In this document: piece by piece, positions 41,895-50,890 of the stretch
Layout: every line of letters starts with the position of its first letter
Numbering within the stretch: position 1 is the first letter of the stretch
NCBI GenBank assembly: GCA_963665115.1
Contig: OY762007.1
Span: forward strand, 6,720,001-6,784,000
Direction: 5' to 3'
DNA: 64,000 nucleotides
DNA from: an uncultured Rivularia sp.
Lineage (GTDB): Bacteria > Cyanobacteriota > Cyanobacteriia > Cyanobacteriales > Nostocaceae
The notes under the pieces: model-generated
The model's database searches: none
Told to the model about the DNA's origin: nothing
The model's input: only the letters and a program-made list of their open reading frames with translations
Translations under genes and position numbers: made by a program

Positions 41895-42037
41895 GCAACT
41901 GGGGAAGATTTGGCGGCGACAGCGGAGTGCCAGGTGGGGGCACGATTATTTTCTGTGCCTATGTAAAATCTATCTGCCCCTACCTGGTACCGTCAAATCA
42001 GCGTAGCGGTTCCCCAGTTGCGCCGCTGCTTTTTTTT
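41895..42037 (+). ncRNA. Putative structured RNA / terminator element in the IS66 3' region (mirror copy at ~25906-26048, minus strand)
   Basis: Nested complementary arms GCAACTGGGGAA/TTCCCCAGTTGC, GATTTGGCGG/CCGTCAAATC and GTGCCAGGTGGGGGCA/TGCCCCTACCTGGTAC, followed by a GC stem and a T8 run. Confidence 0.4.
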
Positions 42038-42417
42038 ATCGTAGTTGACATTCAAGACAGCCGATACCCCGAAATTTTGAGGGGATACTATAATAAAGGG
42101 ATTTGTTGGTGATGAATCCGGATTTTTAAACGAGATTGAGCCGCGATCTCAAGCAAATTGTTCCTAGTTGGTATTCCAGCAATCGGATGGATTCCAATAG
42201 ACTTCAGTTCGTGAAGACCAGGACAAATCCTTGACAAAGCACTATAGATAACATAGCCATTATCAAGAGGAATAGGTGCGCCTCTTAGCTTAAAAGTTAA
42301 GTCTACATATTCCTCACTTGGAATTAATAGGGCTGCCATAGATGAAAATTTATCTCCGACACCAGCCAGCATAAACCGCTTCTGCTCTTTCCTGCTTTCT
42401 ATATTCGATTGAACTCG

Positions 42418-42572
42418 CGGCAGGCTTATCATTCCATTTTGAACTAGCGGCAAAATTATGGTTCCAAGATGCCAATTTCATCAAAAATTGGCTGACGTAA
42501 GAATGAGGGTTATGGTGTTGTTGGCGGCAAAGTTATGGTTCCAGTAGCGGCAAAGTTATGGGTAAAGTCACA
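42418..42572. repeat. cas-proximal transposon end with TnsB-binding sites
   Basis: CGGCAAAGTTATGG-type sites at 42548-42572 (terminal), 42525-42542, 42448-42465 and degenerate 42418-42435. Confidence 0.88.
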
Positions 42573-42987
42573 CCTGGCGACTATAAGTCGCGGCTATACA
42601 AGCAAAACCCACCGTGGCAGGGGTTGATATTCTTTATCGCTTTTCTGGTTACAAGTCAAAGCCTTATAATACACTTCTGGAACGCAGAGCCTTGCATTTA
42701 TACTGGAAGCAGAGCCTCCGGCTATGGATTTTCAGCCAGAAGCTGGGAACCAGTAACCAATCCAAAATCCAAAATCCAAAATTGAAATGACTGTACAATT
42801 GCTCAGACGGAAATTTACAGCGGTTTCAAATTTGGTATCAAAAATTTCATCACCGAAATAATAATTTCGCATTATTCCCATAAACTAAAAAGACGTAGCA
42901 TTGCTACGTCTCTACAAAATTAATTCTTATTCTTAACCCCTGCCACGGTGGGTTTTGCCTGTATAGCCGCGATTTCAATCGCCAGGT
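42573..42987. repeat. ~54-bp inverted repeat pair enclosing a mosaic of short dispersed repeats (MITE/REP-like)
   Basis: CCTGGCGACTATAAGTCGCGGCTATACAAGCAAAACCCACCGTGGCAGGGGTT (42573-) versus its near reverse complement at 42934-42986. The interior holds (AATCCAA)n and a GTAG-type palindrome (42891-42915). Confidence 0.7.
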
Positions 42988-43005
42988 AAGTTTAACACTT
43001 ATCTT

Positions 43006-43818
43006 CTAAGACTCCGGCGTAGGAATTGGCTTAATATCCTTTGCCTTATAAAAAGTCTCTAAACTATCTTTATCGCCAACAAATCGCCAATGCCAAGGTT
43101 CGTAACTTACACCTTGAGAATTATCTTTAGGAAACGAAAGTTCAAATCCGTACCGTGCAGCATTTGCTTCTAACCATTTAAAGGCTTTGGTGTTTTCAAA
43201 TTTTGTGCTTAAGTTAGTTGCTGGTACTGCACTATCACCAATATCTACAGCGTAACCCGTATGATGTTCGCTATGTCCGGGAGGGGCGCTGACTGATGCT
43301 CTTTGGGCTGGTGTTTGATTGCGCTGGGCACCGATATTAAAAAATAACTTTTCCTGTTCTTTTACCGAGCGAAAACCTGAAATGGGTACCAATCTTATAC
43401 CAGCTTTTCGAGCATCTTTCACCATCTGCTGAAACTTTTTACCTGCGGATTTTCGTAACCTTATCCGTTTTCCGCTGGCATTAACTGCTACGATTTCTGA
43501 TTCTGGAGCTTCTTTGTATTCTAGATGCCCTAACAATGCTTCTTTTTCGGCAGAATCGTTAGCTTGTGTAGTCGGAGAAGCTGAATTAGTCGGCAAAGGT
43601 TGCTGTTTTGCAGTATTTTTCGGTGCAGCAATGTAAAAGATCAAACCACTGATTGCAGCAAGCAGAGCAAAACCCATTACTCCGGCGATCGCCAAAAAGG
43701 ACGGGCGTAAACCTAGCTTGGGAGACGCATCAGGAGTATCGCGCAAAGCTTGGGGAATATCTTCGCTAATTTCGGAGGGGGTTGAGTTTTGTGCTTCCTC
43801 GTAAAACTCATTATTCAA
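43006..43818 (-). CDS. D-alanyl-D-alanine carboxypeptidase (M15B/VanY-like)
   Basis: SGFRS, SAPPGHSEHHTGYAVD, YEPWHWRF; one TM helix. Confidence 0.9.
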   Translation of the reverse strand: MNNEFYEEAQNSTPSEISEDIPQALRDTPDASPKLGLRPSFLAIAGVMGFALLAAISGLIFYIAAPKNTAKQQPLPTNSASPTTQANDSAEKEALLGHLEYKEAPESEIVAVNASGKRIRLRKSAGKKFQQMVKDARKAGIRLVPISGFRSVKEQEKLFFNIGAQRNQTPAQRASVSAPPGHSEHHTGYAVDIGDSAVPATNLSTKFENTKAFKWLEANAARYGFELSFPKDNSQGVSYEPWHWRFVGDKDSLETFYKAKDIKPIPTPES

Positions 43819-43918
43819 GGCTCAACTCCGTTTGGAATGTTCGGTAATTATTAGAGATTGTAGACTGTAGAGAAAGAAACCTGTTAGATAGTAAGTTACA
43901 TATGCAATTCCTGATTTT

Positions 43919-44839
43919 GTGTTAGAAAACATCTTAGAACTTTACTTTAAACTGATTGCAACGGTTTCAATAGGATTTTTATTAGGGCGCTGGCTACCGA
44001 ATACAGCTTTAAATCGCTTAGGTAAGTTCCTATTTTGGATCGGAGTACCGATAGGAATTGTCGCTTTTTTACGCAAAGCCGATTTATCAGGAGCAATTTG
44101 GATTGCACCCGCAGTAGCTTACGGAGCCATGTTACTTGGAGCATTTTTTGCTTGGTTAGGAATAAAATTGCAAAGTTATTTTACAAGTACAGTCCCATTA
44201 CCGCCTACTCAGGGAAGTTTAATTATATCGGCAATGGCAGGAAATACGGGTTTTCTTGGTTATCCTATCGCGTTGGCAGTATATGGAACTCAGTATTTTG
44301 CCTGGGGATTATTTTACGATTTATTAGGTTCGTTGTTTGTGACTTGGGGTTTTGGCTCAGTAATCGCAGCCCGTTTTGGCGGTAGCGCTACTAACTTTTG
44401 GCAGATTAGCAAAGTAATATTAATCAATCCTGCTTTATGGAGTTTTGGATTCGGCTTGTTGTTTCGACAAGTAGAAATTCCTTTCTCCGTAGAATTTGTA
44501 TTGGACAAATTGGGTTGGAGTGGCGTAGGTTTATCATTAATTTTAATAGGAATGCGATTGAGTAAGTTGACTTCTTGGCACAATTTACCCCAAGCAGGAA
44601 TTAGCATCGCCATCAAAATGCTGTTAATTCCCCTGGTATTTGGTATCACCTTCAGATTTTTGGGTTTAACAGGTACGAGCGCAAAAGTAATTTTACTGCA
44701 AACAGCAATGCCCCCGGCTTTCTCCACTTTAATAATCGCCGAAATATTCAATCTCGACAGCGACTTAGCAGTTACCACAGTAGCAGCAGGAACATTACTA
44801 TTGCTTCTAACCCTTCCGATGTGGCTCTTAGTATTTTAG
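43919..44839 (+). CDS. AEC (auxin efflux carrier) family transporter
   Basis: Multi-TM protein with GNTGFLGYP, NPALW, AMPPA. Confidence 0.85.
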   Translation: MLENILELYFKLIATVSIGFLLGRWLPNTALNRLGKFLFWIGVPIGIVAFLRKADLSGAIWIAPAVAYGAMLLGAFFAWLGIKLQSYFTSTVPLPPTQGSLIISAMAGNTGFLGYPIALAVYGTQYFAWGLFYDLLGSLFVTWGFGSVIAARFGGSATNFWQISKVILINPALWSFGFGLLFRQVEIPFSVEFVLDKLGWSGVGLSLILIGMRLSKLTSWHNLPQAGISIAIKMLLIPLVFGITFRFLGLTGTSAKVILLQTAMPPAFSTLIIAEIFNLDSDLAVTTVAAGTLLLLLTLPMWLLVF

Positions 44840-45100
44840 AATTGGGAATTGGGCATAGGGCATAGGGCATAGGGAGTTGGGCATTAGAAATAGTTAGGAG
44901 TATTGAGTAAGGAGTAAGGAGTAGGGAGTAGAGAGTAGCAAGTAAATCACTTTTTTATTATTGTCATAAATGTCGGTACTTCTGCCCGTCTATTTTTACT
45001 CGCTACTTGTTACTCATTACTCACTACTCACTACTTTAATAATGTCCCCTTGTCCCCTTGTCCCCTTGTCTCCCCATCCCTAATTCCCTAATTCCCATCA
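44840..45100. repeat. Heptamer short tandem repeats (STRR-type)
   Basis: (GGGCATA)n, (GAGTAAG/GAGTAGG)n, (TACTCAC)n, (TGTCCCCT)n, (TCCCTAAT)n. Confidence 0.8.
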
Positions 45101-45102
45101 AA

Positions 45103-45621
45103 TCAACACGGCTGACTCACCTTCTCGGCAAGTTCGGCTGGACTTGTAAATTCATAATTTTCAAATGGTTGATGTATCCAGGGGTTGTCGGATAAGTAAT
45201 CGGCGTAGTAGTCGGGGACTATTTCCGAACAAGCTTTATACCAGATAACGGCGGTACGAATCTCTTCTATGGTGGTTTCGCTATTTTTCTTTAACCAAGG
45301 AATAGTCTCTTCGAGCGTAACCCCTGAATCTACTAAGTCATCAACTAAAAGGATTCGCGAACCTAATGATTCATCAGTCATTGTTAAATGTTGAGAAAAG
45401 GTCAATTGACCCCTTTCTTGCTTGCCCGCACCGCTGTAAGATGATGTTGCTAATATTGCTAGCGGTTGCTTGTATATACGGGATATAATATCCCCCACTC
45501 GCAGTCCACCCCTGGCAAGGCAGACTATTTGATTGAATTCCCAGCCGGATTGATAAATTTGAGCAGCTAGTTGTTCTATTTTGTGGTGATAATCTGACCA
45601 CGAGACATAAAGGTCTGGCAT
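45103..45621 (-). CDS. Purine phosphoribosyltransferase (xanthine/guanine PRT-like)
   Basis: LARGG, PRPP-binding motif ILLVDDLVDSGVT, WIHQPFE. Confidence 0.85.
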   Translation of the reverse strand: MPDLYVSWSDYHHKIEQLAAQIYQSGWEFNQIVCLARGGLRVGDIISRIYKQPLAILATSSYSGAGKQERGQLTFSQHLTMTDESLGSRILLVDDLVDSGVTLEETIPWLKKNSETTIEEIRTAVIWYKACSEIVPDYYADYLSDNPWIHQPFENYEFTSPAELAEKVSQPC

Positions 45622-45686
45622 AAGAGAGGTAATTTAAAACTAATAGTAGATGCCAAATCCTTTATTGTAATACGAGTGTAGGTATT

Positions 45687-47118
45687 ATGAGCGATTCTAT
45701 GGCTGATGGTTATCCTCAAAAGGTTGATAAAGATAAAAAACTCAACTTAAAAACCAAGTTGGCTTACGGTGCTGGGGATTTGGGACCGGCTATTACTGCA
45801 AATATTTCCGTATTCTTTCTGTTAGTTTTCTTTACTAATGTCGCGGGTATTCCGGCGGGTTTAGCTGGCAGTATTTTGATGGTGGGCAAAATTTGGGATG
45901 CTGTCAATGACCCGCTTGTAGGAGTTTTGACAGATCGAACCGAATCTAAACGTTGGGGTCGCCGTCTTCCTTGGTTACTGTATGGTGCGATACCTTTTGG
46001 TATTTTCTTCTTTTTGCAGTGGATTGTACCAAGTACCAATGTTTGGGTATTGTTTTGGTATTACGTCATTATTGGAGTGATATCTCAAGTATTTTATACG
46101 GTAGTCAATTTGCCTTATACAGCAATGACTCCAGAATTAACTCAAGATTACGACGAACGAACCAGCCTTAATAGTATTCGCTTCGCTTTTTCTATTGGCG
46201 GTAGTATTCTTTCATTATTGTTAGCACGATTAATATTTGCTTTAATTGATAATCGTCAACAGCAATATCTAGCTTTAGCAGCAGTTTGTGCTGTAATTTC
46301 GGTTTTAGGACTATTTTGGTGCGTTTGGGGAACTCGCGAAAGGGTTTTAGCTTTTGAAGCGAAACGTACTCAAAGCGAGGAAAGCGAATCTATTCCTTTC
46401 GGGGAACAAATCAAAATCGTCTTCAATAACAAACCTTTTTTATTCGTAATTGGTATATACCTTTTCTCCTGGTTGGGGGTACAAATAACCGCTAGCGTTA
46501 TTCCTTATTTTGTGATCTATTGCATGAGGCTAAAGGAATCAGATGTACCGACAGTAATGATTGGGGTACAGGGAACCGCTTTATTAATGTTGTTTGTTTG
46601 GGGTGCATTAAGTAAACGAGTGGGGAAAAAAGCCGTTTACTTTATGGGAATGTTTTTATGGATCATCGCAGCGACGGGATTATTTTTCTTACAACCCGGT
46701 CAAATTGGTTTAATGTACGTTTTAGCAGTACTAGCAGGTTGTGGGGTATCTGTTGCTTATCTTGTACCTTGGTCTATGATGCCAGATGTAATTGAATTAG
46801 ATGAATTACAAACCGGACAACGCCGTGAAGGAGTATTCTATGGCTTTATGGTGTTACTACAAAAATTTGGTTTAGCTTTCGGTTTATTTCTAGTCGGAAT
46901 CGCTTTACAAACTTCGGGTTTTCAAGAAAATATTCCCGGACAAACTGAACTACCAATACAGCCAGATGCAGCACTATCAGCCATCCGCATCGCTGTAGGG
47001 TCCAATTCCCATTGGATGTTTAATTGGCGGATTATTTTTAACCTATTTTTATCCCATCACCCGCGAAATGCACGCCGAAATGTTACTTAAACTCGAAGAA
47101 AAACGGAAAAACAGTTAA
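45687..47118 (+). CDS. GPH/MFS_2 sugar:cation symporter (apparent +1 frameshift at 46998-47000)
   Basis: WDAVNDPLVG, WGRRLPW, PYTAMTPELT, RREGVFYG. Corrected C-terminus ...YFYPITREMHAEML...KRKNS*. Confidence 0.88.
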
Positions 47119-47434
47119 CAATTATCAATTATCAATTATCAAAGAGTTCAGAAAGCGAAGGGAGCGGAGGAAGCTGAGGGAGCAAATCCAAATTCAAATT
47201 CTTTTTTCTTTCCTTGTCTCCTTGTCTCCCCATTCCCCCATCCCCCCTCATCAATTTCGCAGTGGAAGTATATCTAATGGCATAGGCTGGGCTGCAAGTG
47301 CTGCAATTACTGGTCTTTTATTACTATGGCTGATGAATAATCATCGCCAAAACCTGCCATCGGGCTAATGTATCTTAGCTGGGGTAATGTTACTTATAGA
47401 AATGTAACTATTAGTAACTTTATTCAAATTAATA

Positions 47435-48118
47435 ATGGTAGATACAAGTTTACAAGAAATTACTACTCAATTAGAAAGTTCTTCTTTAAGAGATCGGATG
47501 GTAGCTCTTGCTTCTTTGAGGAATATCCCCGCAGAGGATGCTGTCCCTTTAATTAAAAAGGTGCTTGATGACGAATCTCTGCAACTGCGCTCGATGGCGA
47601 TATTTGCTTTGGGGATTAAACAAACACCGGATTGCTATCCGATTTTAGTCCAAACAATGGAAACTGACTCGGATTATGGCATTAGAGCCGATGCTGCGGG
47701 TGCTTTAGGATATTTAGGTGATACTAGAGCTTTAGAACCACTATCGCGAGCATTTTACGAAGATACCGATTGGTTGGTACGTTTTAGTGCTGCTGTAGCG
47801 CTTGGTAATTTGAAAGATACTCGTGCTAAGGATGTACTTTACAAAGCCCTCGAAAGTGAAGAAATTGTCATCCAACAAGCGGCGATCGCAGCGTTAGGAG
47901 AAATCAAAGATATTGAATCTGTAGATAAAATACTCCGTTTTGCTCAATCGGATGATTGGTTAGTACGTCAGCGTTTGGCAGAAGCTTTGGGCAATCTTCC
48001 AACTGATAAAAGTATCTCAGCTTTGAAGTATTTAGAAAAAGATAGCCACAACCACGTTAGTGAATCGGCAAGAATTTCGCTATCAAGACTTGAACAAGCG
48101 AACAATCAAATGGGATAA
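47435..48118 (+). CDS. nblB: HEAT-repeat phycobilisome degradation protein NblB-like
   Basis: PBS-lyase HEAT repeats (DYGIRADAAGALG, DWLVRFSAAVALG). Confidence 0.7.
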   Translation: MVDTSLQEITTQLESSSLRDRMVALASLRNIPAEDAVPLIKKVLDDESLQLRSMAIFALGIKQTPDCYPILVQTMETDSDYGIRADAAGALGYLGDTRALEPLSRAFYEDTDWLVRFSAAVALGNLKDTRAKDVLYKALESEEIVIQQAAIAALGEIKDIESVDKILRFAQSDDWLVRQRLAEALGNLPTDKSISALKYLEKDSHNHVSESARISLSRLEQANNQMG

Positions 48119-48345
48119 TCAGTATTCTTGCTTAATACGGGGAGTAGAAAATAGAAAGTAGGGAACGGGGAATAGAGAATAGGGAAGAATCAAAACCTTT
48201 AACCTTTAACCTCTCTCTTATGGAATGGGGAGAGAAGGCTCGTCTAACATTTGATTTTCTTAACTTTCTCGAAACATAGTACTTGCTTGCTGTTACATTT
48301 TAAAAAGCGAGATTATAAAAATTTGATGTCAGGTAATTTCTGAAG

Positions 48346-48912
48346 ATGAATATTGAAGAGTTTTTTGAATTAAGTGCTGGTAAATGGTTTTCTCATCGTA
48401 CTAGCCATCATTTGGCTTTTAAACAATCAGAAGGCGGTAAATCAGATATTATTATTGAAACTTTAGCAGATGACCATCCAGAAGTAATTAAATTGTGCGA
48501 GCAACATCAAGTTGAACCTAGCAGTGGAAATAGTGGTGCTAGAGTAACCTGGAACGGCACAATGGAATGGGATAAAGAAAAACACGAAGGTTCTACAGTT
48601 TTAGTTGCAATCCCAAATGCAGAAAACCCTAGGATCGGAAAGTTACTGCGAGAAATGGGCTACGCAGAAAAAACTCCAGTTGCCGGAACTTACAAAATGG
48701 GCAGCGATGATGCGCTTACCTTAACTACAGAATACGAAACCATGTGGTCTGAAGAACGTTTGTGGTTCGCAAGTCCAAATTTACGGATGCGTGTTGGTAT
48801 TCTCAAGCGCTTCGGTGGTTTCAGCATGGCTTCTTTCACCTCTGAGATTCGCATGGGTGGAAATCCATCTGCTGCGAAAACAGATGATGCAGCAGCTAAC
48901 ACTGCATCGTAA
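48346..48912 (+). CDS. cpcS: CpcS/CpeS-type phycobiliprotein lyase
   Basis: [48 protein letters not shown]. Confidence 0.85.
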   Translation: MNIEEFFELSAGKWFSHRTSHHLAFKQSEGGKSDIIIETLADDHPEVIKLCEQHQVEPSSGNSGARVTWNGTMEWDKEKHEGSTVLVAIPNAENPRIGKLLREMGYAEKTPVAGTYKMGSDDALTLTTEYETMWSEERLWFASPNLRMRVGILKRFGGFSMASFTSEIRMGGNPSAAKTDDAAANTAS

Positions 48913-48955
48913 TTCATAATTCATGCATTGGTGAATCGAAATACAAATTACTAAT

Positions 48956-48982
48956 GTAGAGACGTAGCAGTGCTACGTCTCT
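48956..48982 (+). repeat. GTAG-type REP-like palindrome
   Basis: GTAGAGACGTAGCA-G-TGCTACGTCTCT; related copies at 42891-42915 and a half copy at 19931-19948. Confidence 0.65.
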
Positions 48983-49001
48983 TTTAGCGCGAACACCTCT
49001 A

Positions 49002-50606
49002 TTACGAACCAGTTGATGTATTTTTCTTACTAGCAGTCTTATTAGGTCTGCTTCTTGGCGTTTTAGCTTGTGCTGCTTGATTCGAGTTAGTTTCAAGCTT
49101 AGTTACTGTCTTAGCAACATTATCGATCTGAGTTTTTATCGTCTCAAATCCCGCTAATTTTTCCACAACAGCTTTTAACTGTTCTTGTTGATTATTTAGC
49201 TGTGTATCTATTTCCCCTAAATTCAAATTCTGTTTAGATTGAGTATTTGCTTTATCTAACTGAGCAATATTTTTCTCGATTTTTTCTGTAGTTTTAGTTA
49301 AATTATCAACCTTACTTGAAACTGAAGAAACTGCCTCTATTTTTTCACTCAGTGCCTGTAATTCCTTTTGTGTCTGACTATTGCCTTCTATCGTTTTAGT
49401 TAAGCTTTCTCTGGTATGAGTATTAGTTTTATCTAACTGATTCAGATGTTTTTCAAGCTTGTCTGTAATCTTATTTAAATTCTCTACTTTGTCCGAAACA
49501 GAAGAAACAACTTCTAATTTTTCGCTAAAGGCTTTCAAGCTTTTTTGAGAAAGAGTATTATTACCTTCTATAGTTTTAGTCAGGCTTTCTCTAGTTTGAT
49601 TGTTAGCTTTATCTAGTTCGTTTAAATAGGTTTCGAGTTTTTCTGTAGCTTGAGTTAAATTATCAACTTTACCAGAAACGGAAGAAACGGCTTCTAATTT
49701 TTCAGTGAGTACTTGTAAGTTTTCCTGATAAATATTCTTGCTATTGTCTATTGCTTGAGTCAGACTTTCTCTGGTTTGAGTATTAGCTTTATCTAAACTA
49801 GCGAAATTAGTTTCCAATTTCTCTGTAGTTTGAGTTAAATTATCAACTTTACCGGAAACGGAAGAAACAGCTTCTAATTTTTCGCTGAGTGCTTGTAACT
49901 TTTCCTGTTGCTGATTACTGGTATTTTCTATTGCTTGAGTTAGATTTTCTCTGGTTTGAGTATTAGCTTTATCTAGTTCGCTTAGATGAGTTTCGAGTTT
50001 TTCTGTAGCTTGGGCTAAATTATCAACTTTACCAGAAACGGAAGAAACAGCTTCTAGTTTTTCGCTGAGTGCTTGTAAGTTTTCCTGTTGCTGATTATTA
50101 GTATTTTCTATTGCCTGAGTTAGATTTTCTCTGGTTTGAGTATTAGCTTTATCTAAACTAGCGAAATTAGTTTCGAGTTTTTCTGTAGCTTGAGTTAAAT
50201 TATCAACTTTTCCCGAAATAGAAGAAACAGTTTCTAATTTGTCGCTGAGTGATTGTAAATTTGTTTGAGAAAGATTATTGCTACTATCTATTGCTTGAGT
50301 TAGATTTTCTCTGGTTTGAGTATTAGCTTGATCTAAACTAGCAAAATTAGTTTCGAGTTTTTCTGTAGTTTGAGTTAAATTATCAACCTGCTTTTTTAAG
50401 ACTTGAGAAGATTCGGCTTGATTTTTACTACTATCAGCAACTATTTGAGTTAACTGCTTATTCAATTCACTTGTATCTTCTACAAGCTTTAATAACTTTT
50501 CCTGTTCAACCTTACTTGCACTAATAGCACTTTTTATTTGAAAAACCAATATAGTAACTATTAATACAAAAAATACTGATACCGTGGAGAGAATTTGCAG
50601 TGTCAT
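49002..50606 (-). CDS. Membrane-anchored coiled-coil protein with ~60-aa tandem repeats
   Basis: N-terminal TM helix; unit KVDNLTQATEKLETNFASLDKANTQTRENLTQAIE...LSEKLEAVSSVSG repeated with a 180-bp DNA period. Confidence 0.8.
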   Translation of the reverse strand: MTLQILSTVSVFFVLIVTILVFQIKSAISASKVEQEKLLKLVEDTSELNKQLTQIVADSSKNQAESSQVLKKQVDNLTQTTEKLETNFASLDQANTQTRENLTQAIDSSNNLSQTNLQSLSDKLETVSSISGKVDNLTQATEKLETNFASLDKANTQTRENLTQAIENTNNQQQENLQALSEKLEAVSSVSGKVDNLAQATEKLETHLSELDKANTQTRENLTQAIENTSNQQQEKLQALSEKLEAVSSVSGKVDNLTQTTEKLETNFASLDKANTQTRESLTQAIDNSKNIYQENLQVLTEKLEAVSSVSGKVDNLTQATEKLETYLNELDKANNQTRESLTKTIEGNNTLSQKSLKAFSEKLEVVSSVSDKVENLNKITDKLEKHLNQLDKTNTHTRESLTKTIEGNSQTQKELQALSEKIEAVSSVSSKVDNLTKTTEKIEKNIAQLDKANTQSKQNLNLGEIDTQLNNQQEQLKAVVEKLAGFETIKTQIDNVAKTVTKLETNSNQAAQAKTPRSRPNKTASKKNTSTGS

Positions 50607-50890
50607 CCCTAGTTTTATCCTTAACGTAAATATAGTTAATTATTCATCCTAGATTTATTATTAATAAAATATAGAATGATACATCATCATATAGTAAGTA
50701 AAGCCATATTGTAGAGTAAAAACTTTACTATTCGAGATTATTTTCATAAAAGACGAATCTTTAAGGTGAAATAATGCGAAACAATAGTAACACTAACTCT
50801 TGCTGCAATACGGTGAGAGCAGCTTAGAACCAGCGTTACGAATTATTAAAGATTCTTTGCCTTTAACTCTACAACACTTAGATGTTTAAA

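Larger units (their letters stand above)
39923..42088 (+). mobile_element. IS66-family insertion sequence, copy 2, 2166 bp
   Basis: Reverse complement of copy 1; 8-bp TSD TATAATAA at 39915-39922 and 42089-42096. Confidence 0.9.
39497..42372 (-). pseudogene. cas6: Cas6 interrupted by an IS66-family element
   Basis: YVDLTFKLRGAPIPLDNGY...QQIPLL | YPYLAGQ...LQEQGIGGKRKMMCGIF (Cas6 G-rich loop). Rejoins in frame (~233 aa) after removing the IS and one TSD. Confidence 0.9.
12805..42572. mobile_element. Tn7-like CRISPR-associated transposon (type I-B CAST, TnsAB-fusion / I-B2-like), ~29.8 kb
   Basis: TG...CA ends with perfect 26-bp TIR TGTGACTTTACCCATAACTTTGCCGC, CCTGG duplicated at 12800-12804 and 42573-42577, tnsAB/C/D and tniQ at one end, cas6/8/7/5 and CRISPR array at the other. 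Confidence 0.95.

Noticed and set aside
41821..42112. Small ORFs in the IS 3' region (hydrophobic 61-aa ORF, 61/70-aa ORFs) as a type I toxin or IS66 accessory genes
   Set aside because: Non-ATG starts, no recognisable TnpA/TnpB motifs, and hydrophobicity explained by T-rich DNA. Not excluded but unsupported.
42373..42453. Longer cas6 N-terminus (MPLVQNG...)
   Set aside because: It starts inside TnsB-binding repeats of the transposon end; ATG 42372 or a later ATG is more plausible.
44840..45100. Tandem repeats as a CRISPR-like array
   Set aside because: 7-8-nt units with no unique spacers; ordinary Nostocales STRRs.
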